This document shows, piece after piece, positions 1-11,720 of a stretch of 64,000 nt of DNA. The notes below the pieces were generated by a model. That model made no database searches. It saw only the letters and a list, made by a program, of their open reading frames with translations, and was not told where the DNA came from. The stretch's first letter is position 1, and every line of letters starts with the position of its first letter. The DNA lies in assembly GCF_009834535.1 (NCBI RefSeq), contig NC_045704.1, positions 43,586,001-43,650,000 on the forward strand, read 5' to 3'. Origin of the DNA: Camelus ferus. Taxonomy: Eukaryota. The position numbers and the translations under genes were made by a program.

Positions 1-625
1 GACCTGTGGCTCCCCATTGCCTGCAGGGTAGTGTCCAGCTCCTTGGCTAGGCCCACCAAGGTCCCCAGGTCCAGCCACCCTTCTGTCTCTTGGTTCTTGC
101 CCCCACAAGTATCTCCATGGAAGTTTCACCTCTAGACCTTTGTCTCCTTCCTATCGTAACCTCCCCTGCTCGTAGATCCCAAAGTGGTCGTTTCCCAGCA
201 GCCATGCAAATCACAATAGTCTGAAGCTAGAAAAACCCTGATGACCCTGAGGGTCACTTCCCTCAGTCACTTTGCGCTGCAGGCAAGGCCTGAAGAGCAG
301 GGCCTGACCAAGGTCACAGAGGACTTGACCACAGGAGAATTCCTCCTGGAACTGAGGACACCTGGTTCAGGGTCTCTAGGACCATTCTACCTCCCACTGC
401 CATCCTTCAGACATAGAGACCACCCCCCCCCCCCCACCGCCCAGGGCATGAGCCCTTCCCTCACCTTGGTGTTTCCAGCACTCAGTGTAGAACTGTGCAC
501 ACAGACCATGGACAGCCACTCCAGCCACTCCTGGGAATTCTTCCCTGGACGACAGGGTATTGTTTCTCCCCCCACTATCAACCCCAGCCTCAGTCCTGCC
601 CACCCCTCCACTCCCAGGTCCTCAC

Positions 626-775
626 CTGCCGGTGCCTAAGGCTGCCTTCCTGGGTGCAGCTGCCAGGTGAGAGGACTGTTTCAACAGGGAGCGCTGGCCA
701 GGCCAGACCGGGTAGAACAGGGCAGGGCGGACACTTGAGCAGGTAGGCGGGCCAGCCACGCTTGCTCAGGAGTGG
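626..775 (-). other. CDH16: CDH16 (Ksp-cadherin) non-coding exon 1; coding exons lie left of the window
   Basis: Minus strand ...ggcagctgcacccaggaaggcagccttaggcaccggcag|gtgag resembles the recalled CDH16 5'UTR. Donor GT at 625-624. Upstream HNF1 site and synteny with RRAD support the call. TSS is approximate. Confidence 0.7.
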
Positions 776-826
776 AAAACACCACTGGGCCCACAGCAGC
801 AGGCTTGGCCCTGCCCAGCCCCCCAA

Positions 827-839
827 GTTACTCATTGAC
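827..839 (-). promoter_or_regulatory. HNF1 site of the CDH16 proximal promoter
   Basis: GTTACTCATTGAC vs consensus GTTAATNATTAAC (2 mismatches). Minus-strand context CCAAAGTCAATGAGTAACTTGGGG resembles the recalled Ksp-cadherin HNF1 element. Confidence 0.7.
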
Positions 840-3359
840 TTTGGAAGGCTAGAGGCTGCTCAGCATCCATGACCACAAGCCCCAGGAGGTGGGGAGATCA
901 TCGAACTAGCACTTGTCCCACCCCGACATGGCCCAGTGGGTACTTCTCTGCCCTCTGGGTTTGGACACTAGTTCTTTTTCTGTGACTCCAGACTTACTCC
1001 CATTTCTTCCCCATGTGCCAGCATCTGCAGCTCCACCTTGGCCCACTCTGTTCCTCCTTCCTCTGTCTGTTGAGCATCTGCTCAGGCTTCAGTACTGAGC
1101 ACAAATATTTCCCTGTCCCAGGGAACCTTCCCTGGGCTCCCAGACTTATTCAGGCTTCTCCTCTAGGACTCCCTCAGCCCCCACCCCCATGCCAAGTGCA
1201 CCTTTGTCAACACAGAAATAACATGAGATTGTCATTGGCTTCCTCTTCCATCAGACTGGGAGGCCCTCCAGGGCAAGACTCAGGGACCCAGGAATGATCA
1301 GGCTCTTACCTGGCCCTGGCAGCCCCAAATGTCTTGTGGAACTAAGATAAGGAACTGGAGGTTGCACTTGCAGGCTAGGTGAGCAATGCATGACATGCAC
1401 CGGGTATGTGGGGCTCCAGACCATCCACCAGTGGGACCAATAGGTGGGGGAGGGCAGACATCAGGCTGTGAGATCCCCTAAGTGCTCACACTAGTTCCTG
1501 GACACCAACAGGCTGGGACAGTAGACTGTCCCGTGCCTCTGAGGAGGAGAGAGAAGACTGAGCCAGCTCAGGTGACCTTGAGGGAATTGCAGGGCTGACT
1601 AGGGGCCCTTGCCCTCAGTGAGGGCATCCAAGTGGAGCCAGGAGAAGTTTCTGGGGCCTGGGAGTCTGGGACGAAGAGGGAGGTTGGGAAGGGTCAGGGA
1701 TCCTGGTCTCCAATCCCTCTGGTAGTTTCCCCTGAGTCCTTCCCACTGCATATCTGTTTAGTTTCTCTCAGGCTGGAGGCTGGGCCAGGACCCCTTGGCT
1801 GACCCCAGCCTTGTCTGTCACAAGCTGAGTGCCAGCCTCAGGGTCCCTCAGGCACCTCAGCCTGGAGCAGGGCAGCGTGGGGATGTTGACGGGATCTCAT
1901 GTGTGTTAAGCTCCTACGATGTGCCTGGCACTGCTTGAAACACATACCTTCATTATTGCACCCATTCCATTCTGAAAGGGGCATTGTCCCCATGTCACAC
2001 ACTGGAGCACAGAGAGGTTCAGTAGCTTGCCCAGGATCACACAGCCAGTAAGTGGCAGAGCCAAGAAGGTCAGGATTCTTTTTCAGGCCTCGGGACCTTC
2101 ACCTATTCTGAGAAAACTATGTCTGCCACAGGCCTGGAAGTACGTTGGGGATGGGAGTAGGGAGTGGCAGCAGCTTTCAGCAGTTACTATTGCCCTGTGG
2201 GGCATGTGGGTTAGTCATGGTGGGTCACACATCTGAGGATCAGCCCTCAAACCTCCTCCTGCCATTGAGTAATTGCAATCAGGGTTCTGACCTGGTTTTG
2301 AGGGCTTCCAGGGATCTGTGAAATGAATAAATTGAACTAATAAAGGAATGTATGGATGCTGGCCTGGAACCTTCTCAGAAACTGTCCCTAGCCTTGCCCC
2401 AGGCTGTCTCCAGGCTTCTGATGTGGACAGACTATACACCAGTCCCGACTCAGCCCCTTCTGCCCATGCAGCCTCGGGCAAGTGCTTCAGTCCCCCATCT
2501 GCCATTGCTGGCTGGAGATGTTTGTTCCTGAAATGATGTAGGTAAACTACTAGCAGGCACCTGTGCCCAGAAGGCTCCCTTCCAGGGTGTGGGTGGTGGG
2601 GAGATGCACACCTCAAGCTGCTAAGTGCGTATGCAGACATTCACATGCAAATGCAAGGCCTGTCATTCCAGGCAGGGGGGGATTCAGGGTTCTGTTCCCA
2701 CCAAGACCAGATTAGCCAATGCCAAGCATGGGATTCTCTGGCCTGGCCTGGAGACAACAGTGAGCCCTCCCTGTCCTTCTCCTCCCACTTGCCCTGCCCA
2801 GTAGCCCAGCCTTAGGTGGGGAGCCATCCGAAGTCAAGTCCACCTGCATGTACCTTCCTCATCCTAACCTTAGCAAACCAGCTACCTCCTTCCCCAACCA
2901 GAGAGTCTCAGAAGTCTTCCATAGCCAGATTCTAGCCCTACAGGAGGGAACAGGGTAGAGACACCCACCTGAGTCAGACCCAGGATTCTTGTTTGGCCAT
3001 GAGAACTGGGGAAGGGCGTGGTCCCTCGGGCAGCCTCAATTTCCCTGAAATACAGTGGGGTGACTGAATCCTCAATCAGCTGGGCGATGCCAGTCCCCAG
3101 TGCAAAAGAATCTGGCTAACAGGCTGGGAGGAATTCGTGTCTCCTCCTGCTGTTTGGACCCCTAACCAGGCTCCAACCCACACCTGCCCCTTTGACCCAG
3201 CTGACTATACCTGGGCCCAAACATTAGGACAGTCAAGGCCACACACTAAGGTAGGGCAGTGAGGCCCCATTCCTCAGCTTCAGGAACCCTCCCTGCTCCT
3301 GCAGTCCGCGGACGGCAGAAATAATAGAGTTGACAGCCTCTACCTACCAGGAAATAGTC

Positions 3360-3365
3360 TTTATT
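3360..3365 (-). terminator. RRAD: RRAD polyadenylation signal
   Basis: AATAAA on the minus strand about 360 nt after the stop codon. Confidence 0.75.
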
Positions 3366-3722
3366 AAAAAAAAATTTGCATGTAAACAAATAGCCACTGC
3401 ACTGAACAGCCTCCCTCCAGGGCATGCACACCACAGGTGTAGAGAAAGGCAGAGTTCTCTACCCACCTCACAGGCCTGCCACTTGGGCTGGGCTCGGGCT
3501 GCTGCTTGGGACACACACGGACCTGCACAGGCATCTCTCTGTGGGCCCAGCCCTCGATGGCCACTGAAAGCAGCCTCGCTGGGCAGCACTGTCTGTCTGT
3601 CCATGACCATGAGGTGGGGGACGTCCAGAGTCTGAGCCAGCCCGGAGGCACCTTGGGCAGTTGGCTGGGCCAGCCCACCAATCTGCCCATCTGTCTGCAC
3701 AACACAGTGAGTGCCCATGGGC

Positions 3723-6292
3723 CTAGAGCACGGAGAGGTCATGGCAGGACTTGGACTTGGCGCGCAAGGCCATTTTGCGGCTGTTTCTCGCGACGATGCG
3801 GCCCAGGAAGCGCTTCGCCTTTTTGCCGAGGCTCTCTCGCCGCCGGGTACCGGCTTGCCGACGTGCGTTGGCCTCTTTGCTGTCCCTGCGCAGGCGGATC
3901 TGGCGAACGACACCTTCGAACAGCGCCTGGACATTGTGGTGCAGTGCAGCCGACGTCTCAATGAACTTGCAGTCGAAGACCACGGCGCAGGCCCGGCCCT
4001 CTGGTATGCGTGGGGACAGGCATATGTCAGTAAACAAATGGTGGGTGGGTGAGAGCCCCACTCAAACCCCGGCCACCCCAGGGCAGCTTCCACATTTGTG
4101 GAGGGGAAGCCCTGGGTCCTCCCCAGAAACAAAAGGACCCAGGCTCTTGTATGGAGGATGCATTGGGTTACCCAAATGGCAGAGTGTGCCCACGTTTAAG
4201 GAGCTCACAAAGGCCCACAAAAGAAAAGTCAGTTACTGAAATAATTTGAAGTCTGATATTTAAATGGAAGTGCTACAGTAGACAACACAGGAAAATGAGA
4301 ACTTTGTTAGGTAGCTTAGTGTTTTATGGCTTGATGTTACAGCATGATGAATGACAGATGGAATGGAGGGTGACATCACCAAATTACTGCCAGGTTCCTC
4401 TGAGGGGCTCAGGTCTGAGGGTCATAGAGGTGGATGCTGAGCACAGGATGGGTGGGTCCTTCCCAGGGGCAAGACTATACCAAGACTGGCCTGGGCCTGA
4501 AATCCAGGCTCTGCCTCCTGGCCTGGTTCCCTGAACTCTCCTCATCCCTCATCTGCCAAGCCACAGCCAAAGGGGACGGGAGAGGAGGGCCCTGAGATGG
4601 CCCAGCTCAGAGCCCAGCCACCTCCACCTCCCCTAGCACATTTGGTCCTTTCCCCAGAACTCAGGCCTTTGGGACTCCTGTGGGAGAGCAGCAGCTCTCC
4701 CCCTCTGTCCTCAAGTTTTATTCCTGAACATTTTTAGCCACCAATGATCCCCAGGGACTCAAGCTGAGTCAAGACTGAGTGGACCACGGCCCAGCCAGGA
4801 TCTCCCTCCCTTCCTGACCCACTCCCTGCTCACCATCCAAGGAGACCTCACGAGAACGCACAAGGTCGCTCTTGTTGCCCACTAGGATGATGGGCACGTC
4901 ATCTGTCTGCCGCACCCGCCGCAGCTGGACCCGAAGCTCTGAGGCCTTCTCGAAGCTGCCCTTGTCTGTCACCGAGTACACGATGACATATGCATCACCC
5001 ATGGCCATGCAGTGGCTGGGGAGCCAGCGGCCCCCATCCTAGGGAACATAGAAACATATTCACCCAACAGTCCTCATGCCCCAGCTCCCCAGCTACAAGG
5101 CCTGCACTCCCTGCAGGCCCCTACCCCCAGATCCCCCTCCCACCCTGCCCTGGGTCTCAGCCTGCATCTTACCTGCTCCCAAATGTCATAGACCATGAGT
5201 GATGCTTCTTCTCCGTCGACCATGATGGAGCGATCATATGTGTGCCCTAGGCAGGAGACCAGTAGTCAGGAGACCAGTAGTCAGGTTGCCTGCTGGCTGC
5301 CAAAAGCCCCCCTCCCTTATGAACCTGTTTTCTGTTCTGGTCACACCCTCCAACCCCTCCCCAAAGCCCCCCTAACCTTCTCCTCCACTGATGGCTGCTG
5401 TGTGGCAACAGAAGTGACAGGGCTGAGAAGTAAGGGGTGGAGAGCATGGTGTGCCTTACCCCCACCTAGACACCCATTCCCCAGGTTAGCAATGTCTTAG
5501 GTGGCCACTCTCATGCTTCCTGCCCTCCTGATGTTTGGGACCCACGTGGTTCTGACCACAGTGGCCTGAGTTAGAACAAACATCCCCTGGGGGCCTTGGT
5601 TACCTAGGACTCCTCTCCTAGAAACTGCCTCTGGCTGTGTTCTTGCTAGTCCTAACAGGGAGTCATAGCCTGTGCCCATCCTACAGAATAATCATACGTA
5701 TGCCCTGGACCTTCTACCCTAGGCATTTCTTTCTCTACCAAGGACTGGGGGTACCTTCTCCCTTAGTTTCTTCATCTGTGAAATGGGCGGGTAGAGGCGT
5801 GATTCTCAGAGTGTCATCAAAATCCCTTTGATATTTACTGCTTTTAGTCCTGCTCCCCAGTCCTGTAGCCTCCAGGCCTAACCCTGGGATTTTCCCTCCC
5901 TTGAATAGTCCCAGCCCCTCACCTGCGGCCTCTGCTTCAGGGCCATCCTCTACACCACCGAAAATGCGCGCCAGAGCGCTTTTGCCGACGCCAGGCGCGC
6001 CCAGCAGCAACACCTTGTAAACGCTCTCGTCTGAGTCGCTGCCTCCGGAGCTGAGAGAGTCGGAGGAGCCCTCGGGCCAGTCCACCCTCGGACCCTGGGC
6101 CCCTGTTCCGGCCTCCGCCGTTGTTAGAGCTCCCGGAGTCAGCGCTGCCTGCAGATCGCGCTCGTCCACCGGCATGCTTCGGCGGTGCAGAGGGGGCGCG
6201 GGGCCCCAGGGTGTGCTGCCCCGACGGCGTTCGCGCTCGCGGCCCCCGCCACGGCTCCCTCCCGCTCCGCTTCCGCCGCCGTTCAGAGTCAT
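3723..6292 (-). CDS. RRAD: GTP-binding protein RAD (RGK family), 308 aa, intact
   Basis: Coding exons 6292-5923, 5246-5173, 5038-4834, 4000-3723 (370+74+205+278=927 nt), all GT-AG. Motifs: MTLNGGGSGAGG, G1 GAPGVGKS, RGK-type DIWEQ, NKSD, C-terminal KSKSCHDLSVL. Confidence 0.98.
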
Positions 6293-6760
6293 AGCGTCCG
6301 CCGCCGTCTGGGGAACAGAATCGGATGGCCGCGTAAACCGCAGTGGAGACGGACTGGGAGGCTAGATCCGGCTCAGGCAAGATGCTCGGGGCCGAGGACC
6401 TGCCACAGAAGGTCCTTGCGCCCTGACTTGTGACCCATCCTCCTGACTGATGTATCCGCAATCCAGATGGTGCGACCACCCACACCCAGCTCCGCCGAGT
6501 ACACTCACCTACTCACACACGGACACGGTCGAAACAAGTCCAGGCTCGGCTACAATCCACTCACAGACCCAGGCGCGGACACTCGAAGCTGCCGCAGCCG
6601 CCGCCGTCTCACTCCGCACTGGGTCCGGGCTCCAGAGCCTCCTATTTAAGCCTTTGCCCGCCCCCGCCCCCCCACCCCCGCACTCGCCCCCGTCCACGCG
6701 GCGCGGGGGCTGACGTGTCCATCCCCCTCCCCCCGGGGGAATCCCCCACCCTCCTCCTAG
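5950..6760 (-). promoter_or_regulatory. RRAD CpG island/promoter with TATA-like box, GC boxes/G4 tract and kB site
   Basis: High CpG density. CTTAAATAGG at 6641-6650, C-runs at 6657-6691, TGACGTG at 6711-6717, GGGGGAATCCCCC at 6735-6747. Confidence 0.75.
6509..6620 (-). other. RRAD: RRAD non-coding exon 1
   Basis: Donor GAGTAG|gtgagt at 6509/6508; exon 2 acceptor ccccag| at 6307; TATA-like TTAAATA at 6643-6649. TSS is approximate. Confidence 0.65.
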
Positions 6761-6836
6761 GCCCTCACATCCACCGATAGCCCACCCCACCCGCCAGGGC
6801 AGGGCAGGGAGAAACTCTGCAGACAAAGCCCGGTCT

Positions 6837-6888
6837 GAGAGAGAGAGAGAGAGAGAGAGAGAGTGTGTGTGTGTGTGTGTGTGTGTGT
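6837..6888. repeat. Compound microsatellite (GA)13(GT)13
   Basis: Read directly. Confidence 0.95.
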
Positions 6889-7371
6889 AGGAGGGAGAAG
6901 GAAGGGGAGTATGTGAATTGACCGGGGAAGTGGAGGAGGCATTAGGTCTGGCCGTTTAAAAGCGAATTCTTTGCCTTTCCCCTAGTCCGGGCCTGTTGCC
7001 CAATGAAGCAGACCAGTTACTGGTATGACAGACTTCCCTCTTCTCTGCCCATTCCCCACTGGCCCATATCTGAACTAGAATTTAGGGGTCCTAAATCCAG
7101 GCTTCTAGCCGGTCTCACTCTCCTCCCTGACCTTGGGAATTGAAGATTCTGCCTGGCAAGCTTGCCCTTCTAGGTAAGGGTTAGTGTCACCTGAGCCCTG
7201 GGTTGGGGGGGGGGTGCCTTGGAAAGCTGTTTGGGGGAGGGGGCAAGGAAGGGAGGCCCTCTGGCAGTGTGTTTCAGGTAGAGGTGTGAGCCTGAATCTT
7301 GGGGCAGGAATACAGGCCCAGAGAGGGAAAAGGATTAACTCAGCACCACCTCCCCCTCAGCACCCTCAAGG

Positions 7372-7474
7372 CAGCTGCCAGCAACTCTGCTAAAAATACC
7401 TGGCCCTGGTCATTCCACTCCTGGGCTGGAAGTTACCCAAAGTTGGGGAAATCCTGGCAGACAGGTGTCAGATG
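7372..7474. promoter_or_regulatory. Candidate muscle enhancer module (E-box, MEF2-like, M-CAT)
   Basis: CAGCTG 7372-7377, CTAAAAATAC 7390-7399, CATTCCA 7411-7417, CAGGTG 7462-7467, CAGATG 7469-7474. Confidence 0.45.
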
Positions 7475-9355
7475 CCCATAGGAGCAGATAGGGGTGGGAC
7501 TATACCAGGGTCAGGGCTGGCTCCAGCCACTCTACGAGTCTTCAGTGTTTCCTTCTTTCCCTTTAGTCTCATACTAGACTTGCTGTTCAAGGCACACGCA
7601 GGGCCTGGATGTTCAGACTCCCATCCAAGAGGGGCATAGTTACAGAGAATGGTTGGAGTCAGGGGTGGAGGTGGGGTTAGCCGCCACTGCCCAGAGATTA
7701 GCCCTTCCTCAGACCTAGGGTGGGTGCTGGGGCACAGATGGGAGGAGATGTAATGAGGAGGCTTGGTTTCTAGTCCTGACTGCCTCTAGGCTCCTGGGTC
7801 TTCCTTCCAGCCTCAGGATGCCCAGCTCTAAATTGGGCCTGACTTATTCCTCACTTGCTCACATTTGGGGTGCGTGAGGATTGGGGGCAGGCAGGCTGTG
7901 AGGTACTTTGTGATGGGGATCTGGTATCAGACTTACATTTGATTGTGATGAGTGTGGTGGGGTTGGGGGGCACCCATTCAGGGCTCAGGTGACATCATGG
8001 ATGGGTGGATCCTAGTGGGTTGCTGTAGGTTATCATGGAGATCTGGGTCAGGGCTCTCTGGCTGCTGCATCAGTTTCCTTGGCAACATCTGAGAGAGACT
8101 TGGAATGAGGTGGTCCTGGCTAGATGAATGTTAGAGGGTTCATGCAGGCCCCTTTGGTTCTTGAGGTCCTCAAAGTAGGCAAGGCTGAACTAAGGGATGG
8201 TGTATACATTTGTGTTCTATACATGGCCTGGGGGATCTTGGAGGCCTGGGCAACCCCTTGCAGGCTCTAGCTTCCTGGACAACGTCCAGTAGGAAGAGAG
8301 AGTCATGGGTTGAGCCTCCCATCAAAGAACAAAAGTCTCAAGCGCTTGCAAACCACTTCCCATCAGGAATCCTGGATGGGCTGCCTTTGACCCCTCCTAA
8401 CTGCCTTACACATGACCTTGCCACTGACAAGAGCCCTTGGATGTCCAGCACAGGGTGGGTGTGGGGCTAGCTGGACCCTTCTAAGCAGGGAGCCATGCAA
8501 GGAATTAGGGCTGGGTTTCCCCTCTGATAATCTAAGCTCTTGACCTCAGCAGTGCTTCCTCATTGCCAAGGGAACTGCATCCACATGGGGCCACTCAGGC
8601 CCCAGGTATTCCCCAACAGGCCAGACACACCACAATCATCAGTATGGCCAGTGGCCCCTGGGAACCTTACGAGGACATGACCTTAAGACACCCCCATTCC
8701 CAATTCCTGGTTCTCTCAGTTTTCTGGGCTGAGCTTAACTGTCCAGAAGGAGCAGACTGAGGCTGGAATACCCCTAGGATAGCCCAGTCTTCAAATCCCA
8801 GCTCTGCACCTTGCTAGCTGTTTCACCTCTGCCCATGTAGCTTGGCTGAGCCTCAGTTCCCTCCTGTGTAGAACAGGGATAATGTCCCCATGACGGTTGT
8901 TTTAAGACACAAATAACATGAAATGCAGAGGTAAAGTGGTTGGCACATGTCTGGCATATAGTAATATCTCAATATGAGCACTTTTATTATCATTCTTGGT
9001 TGGACTGGACCAAGAATGAATCTAAGGGCCCTTTCCTGCTTCTTCTTTCCTGCTTCTGCTCTGTTCTCTCCAGAATGGTGATCTGCCCAGGAGAGGAGCA
9101 GTTGCAGATACCTCTCTCCCTCTACCCCATACACACCTTCTGTCTGTGGGACCCCATGCCCTTCCCCCTCCCTCAGATAGCAAAATGCTACAAAGAGGAC
9201 TTGGCTGGATTTCAGTAACCCAAGCTCTCCTCACACCACAGCCCCCATGCCCCAGTTCTTCTGTTCTTTTCTGTCTCCATTCATTCATTATTCCACTTAC
9301 TGTGTGCCAGGCCCTTGTGCTTCAGGCATAATGATGGGCAGAAATGAACATAGTT

Positions 9356-9375
9356 GGGCATGTTCATACATGTCA
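9356..9375. promoter_or_regulatory. Candidate p53 response element upstream of RRAD
   Basis: GGGCATGTTC (perfect half-site) + ATACATGTCA, zero spacer, both with CATG cores. Confidence 0.5.
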
Positions 9376-10184
9376 TCTGATCCCTGGGTCAATCTTATTT
9401 AGCTATGATTTGTTGTTCCCATTTTGTAGACATGGTAACCGAGGCCTGAGAAGTCACAGGCCAGAAACAGCAGAGGGAGACACACTTAGTGGACGACTTC
9501 AGGGAACTAAAACTTCACCAGCATCATTCCCCCCACCTGCTGCCCCATGTCCTCAGACAGCAGCTGGGATTCCAGAAAGTTCCCCGGGCATTAGCCCAGG
9601 ATTCACAAATGGTGTCCCTGCAGGCAGCCAGGGGCCAGGCACAGATGAGTCAAGACTGACAAGGGGACCATCTGATAGGCCAGCTGTGATATGAGCAGCT
9701 TGATGTCCCTTGTCCACTGTGGCTGGCTGCCGGCAGGGCCAGCTGAATGACTCAGTGACACCTGCCTCCCCCATGACCTCCCACCCCGAGCTGAACACAG
9801 ACACCATAGATACCAAGACAGATCTGGCTGTCAGTGCAGAGTACATATGTGGTGAAGTCTACAGCTGGGTATTGGTGGTTGGGAGGGCTCCCTGGGGCCT
9901 GAGGGGCCCTGGTTGGTCACCTGCCTCTCTGGAGCACTGAGTTTCCTCATGAGTGGAAATGGGGGTACTCTGCCTGGAAGATAGCTTGAAATGGGCCCAC
10001 ATCCATTGTAAATCTCCACAGAGCACTGCCAAGCTATTGTCACGACTCTCCCACATCACACGTGAAGAAAATTGGGTGACATGGGCTGATGGCTTCACCT
10101 CTCTGAGCAGCCAGATCTTGGTCACTAGGTGGACACCTGGAACTGGGGGTTGGAGGTGGGCGTAGGCCAGTTCAGCCAGGCGAC

Positions 10185-10199
10185 AGCGCCCCCTGCCAG
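10185..10199 (-). promoter_or_regulatory. Candidate CTCF site
   Basis: Minus strand CTGGCAGGGGGCGCT, 1 mismatch to the core motif; CpGs retained. Confidence 0.5.
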
Positions 10200-10334
10200 C
10201 TGAGCAATACCTGCTGAACTGCTTAGGTTCCTCTATTCCTTAACTGGAGGTCTTGGGGAATAAATTAGTTGATCTAGAAGCTTGTTTCCTCACCAGTAAG
10301 GAATAGCAACTGCTGCACAGGGCTGGATTGAGGA

Positions 10335-10459
10335 TTTTTGGGGGGGACGGAGGGAAGTAATTAGGCATATTTATTTAATGGAGGTACTGGGGATTGAACC
10401 CAGGAACTTGTGCATGCTAAGCATGTGCTCTTATCACTTAAGCTATACCCTTCTCCCCC
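10335..10459 (-). mobile_element. tRNA-derived SINE (camelid vic-1-like)
   Basis: gaggtactggggattgaacccagg...agctataccc, the reverse of a tRNA-like head with Pol III A/B boxes. Confidence 0.8.
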
Positions 10460-10984
10460 AGGTTGAGAGTTGACCAACGAGGTAATATATATAAAGCCTT
10501 CCACTAGTGCCCATTCTCAAGACTGGCTCAATATTGTCATTATGCTCTCAAGAACAGATTTGCCAGATGCCCAGGCTCCCTGCTGAGGCCTCTCAAGGTC
10601 TCTCCCCATGAGATGGGCACAGCAAGTCTTAATATCCCCATTTATCCTCAGAGAAAGAAATTGAGGCGGAGAATCCTGACATTATAACTCCTAACTGGCT
10701 GATCCAAAGTCTAAGCCCCTCAGTCTTTCCTGGTGACCAACTGTGTGGAGGGAGGCAGACGCCCCAGACTTGAGCACCAGGGGTGATGCACACCTCTAGG
10801 GGTGCTAGTGGACAGAGTGCTTCAGGTTGCTGTCAACAGAGAAGTCTGCTGTCACTGCCCTGACCAGGGAACCAGACTGAGCATCACCAACAGTGGGGAC
10901 AGGTTGACATCACACAGCTACTGGTGGATGCTAAGGATACAAATAACACTCCTGGGCAAGGTTCTCATTAATAAACTCAAACCT

Positions 10985-11480
10985 GAACACAATCAACTCC
11001 TAGTTTACAGGAAACACAGCAGGCAAAGGAACAAATCAGACTGTGGGACTCTCCAGGACAACTCACCTGGGCTTTTCAAAATAGTGTCAAGAAAGGGAAA
11101 AAGACTGGGGGAGGGGAGACAGTTCTAGAAGAGGCTAAAGAGAGATGACAACCAAATACATGAACCTTGACTAGAGCCTAGGTAGAAAAAAACAACTCTG
11201 AATGACATTTTGGGGAAATTCATATATGACTGGATATTAGGTATTAGTGTCAGAAAATTGTTCATTTTGGGGCCAGATAACATTACTGTGATTACAGGCG
11301 TATTCTCAGGAGACAAAGGATGAAGTACTTATAAGTGAAGGGTCATGTGTCTGCAGCCTACTCTCATACTTATATTCTACACACATAATAAAGCCAATGT
11401 TGCAACATGTTAACTGTTAAATACAGGTTGTTCACTACATTATTCTCTCAACTTTTTGACATACTTACAACTTTTCCTAA
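10985..11480 (+). mobile_element. Old L1 (L1M-type) 3' fragment
   Basis: Degenerate L1 3'UTR-like motifs (gactggatattag, ttattctctcaactttt). Boundaries approximate. Confidence 0.45.
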
Positions 11481-11631
11481 CCAAACCATTAGGAGAAATC
11501 TTAAAAATGAATGGTACTTCATCCACCCAGCCAGTACAGGCACTTACTACCACTCCCACCCCCAAACCCAGAGTCACCCCACCAAGATGAAAGACTCTCA
11601 GGCATGCTGGGAAATGAACATAAATTAACGG

Positions 11632-11637
11632 TTTATT
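11632..11637 (-). terminator. CIAO2B: CIAO2B polyadenylation signal
   Basis: AATAAA on the minus strand about 85 nt after the stop codon. Confidence 0.8.
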
Positions 11638-11720
11638 GCCAAATGTTAGTTTCTTATTGTCAGTGATTCAAGAAAACAAGGCTATGAGCCCTGCGTGAGG
11701 CTGGGGGCAAAAATCCAGGC

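Noticed and set aside
242-256. Palindrome TGACCCT-G-AGGGTCA in CDH16 intron 1
   Set aside because: A single short palindrome is plausible by chance; no supporting context.
3344-4239. Several long overlapping ORFs (up to 262 aa) on both strands
   Set aside because: Shadows of the GC-rich RRAD last exon and 3'UTR; no independent homology or splice logic.
5937-6826. Arg/Gly/Pro-rich ORFs of 80-182 aa
   Set aside because: Stop-poor CpG island frames over RRAD exons 1-2.
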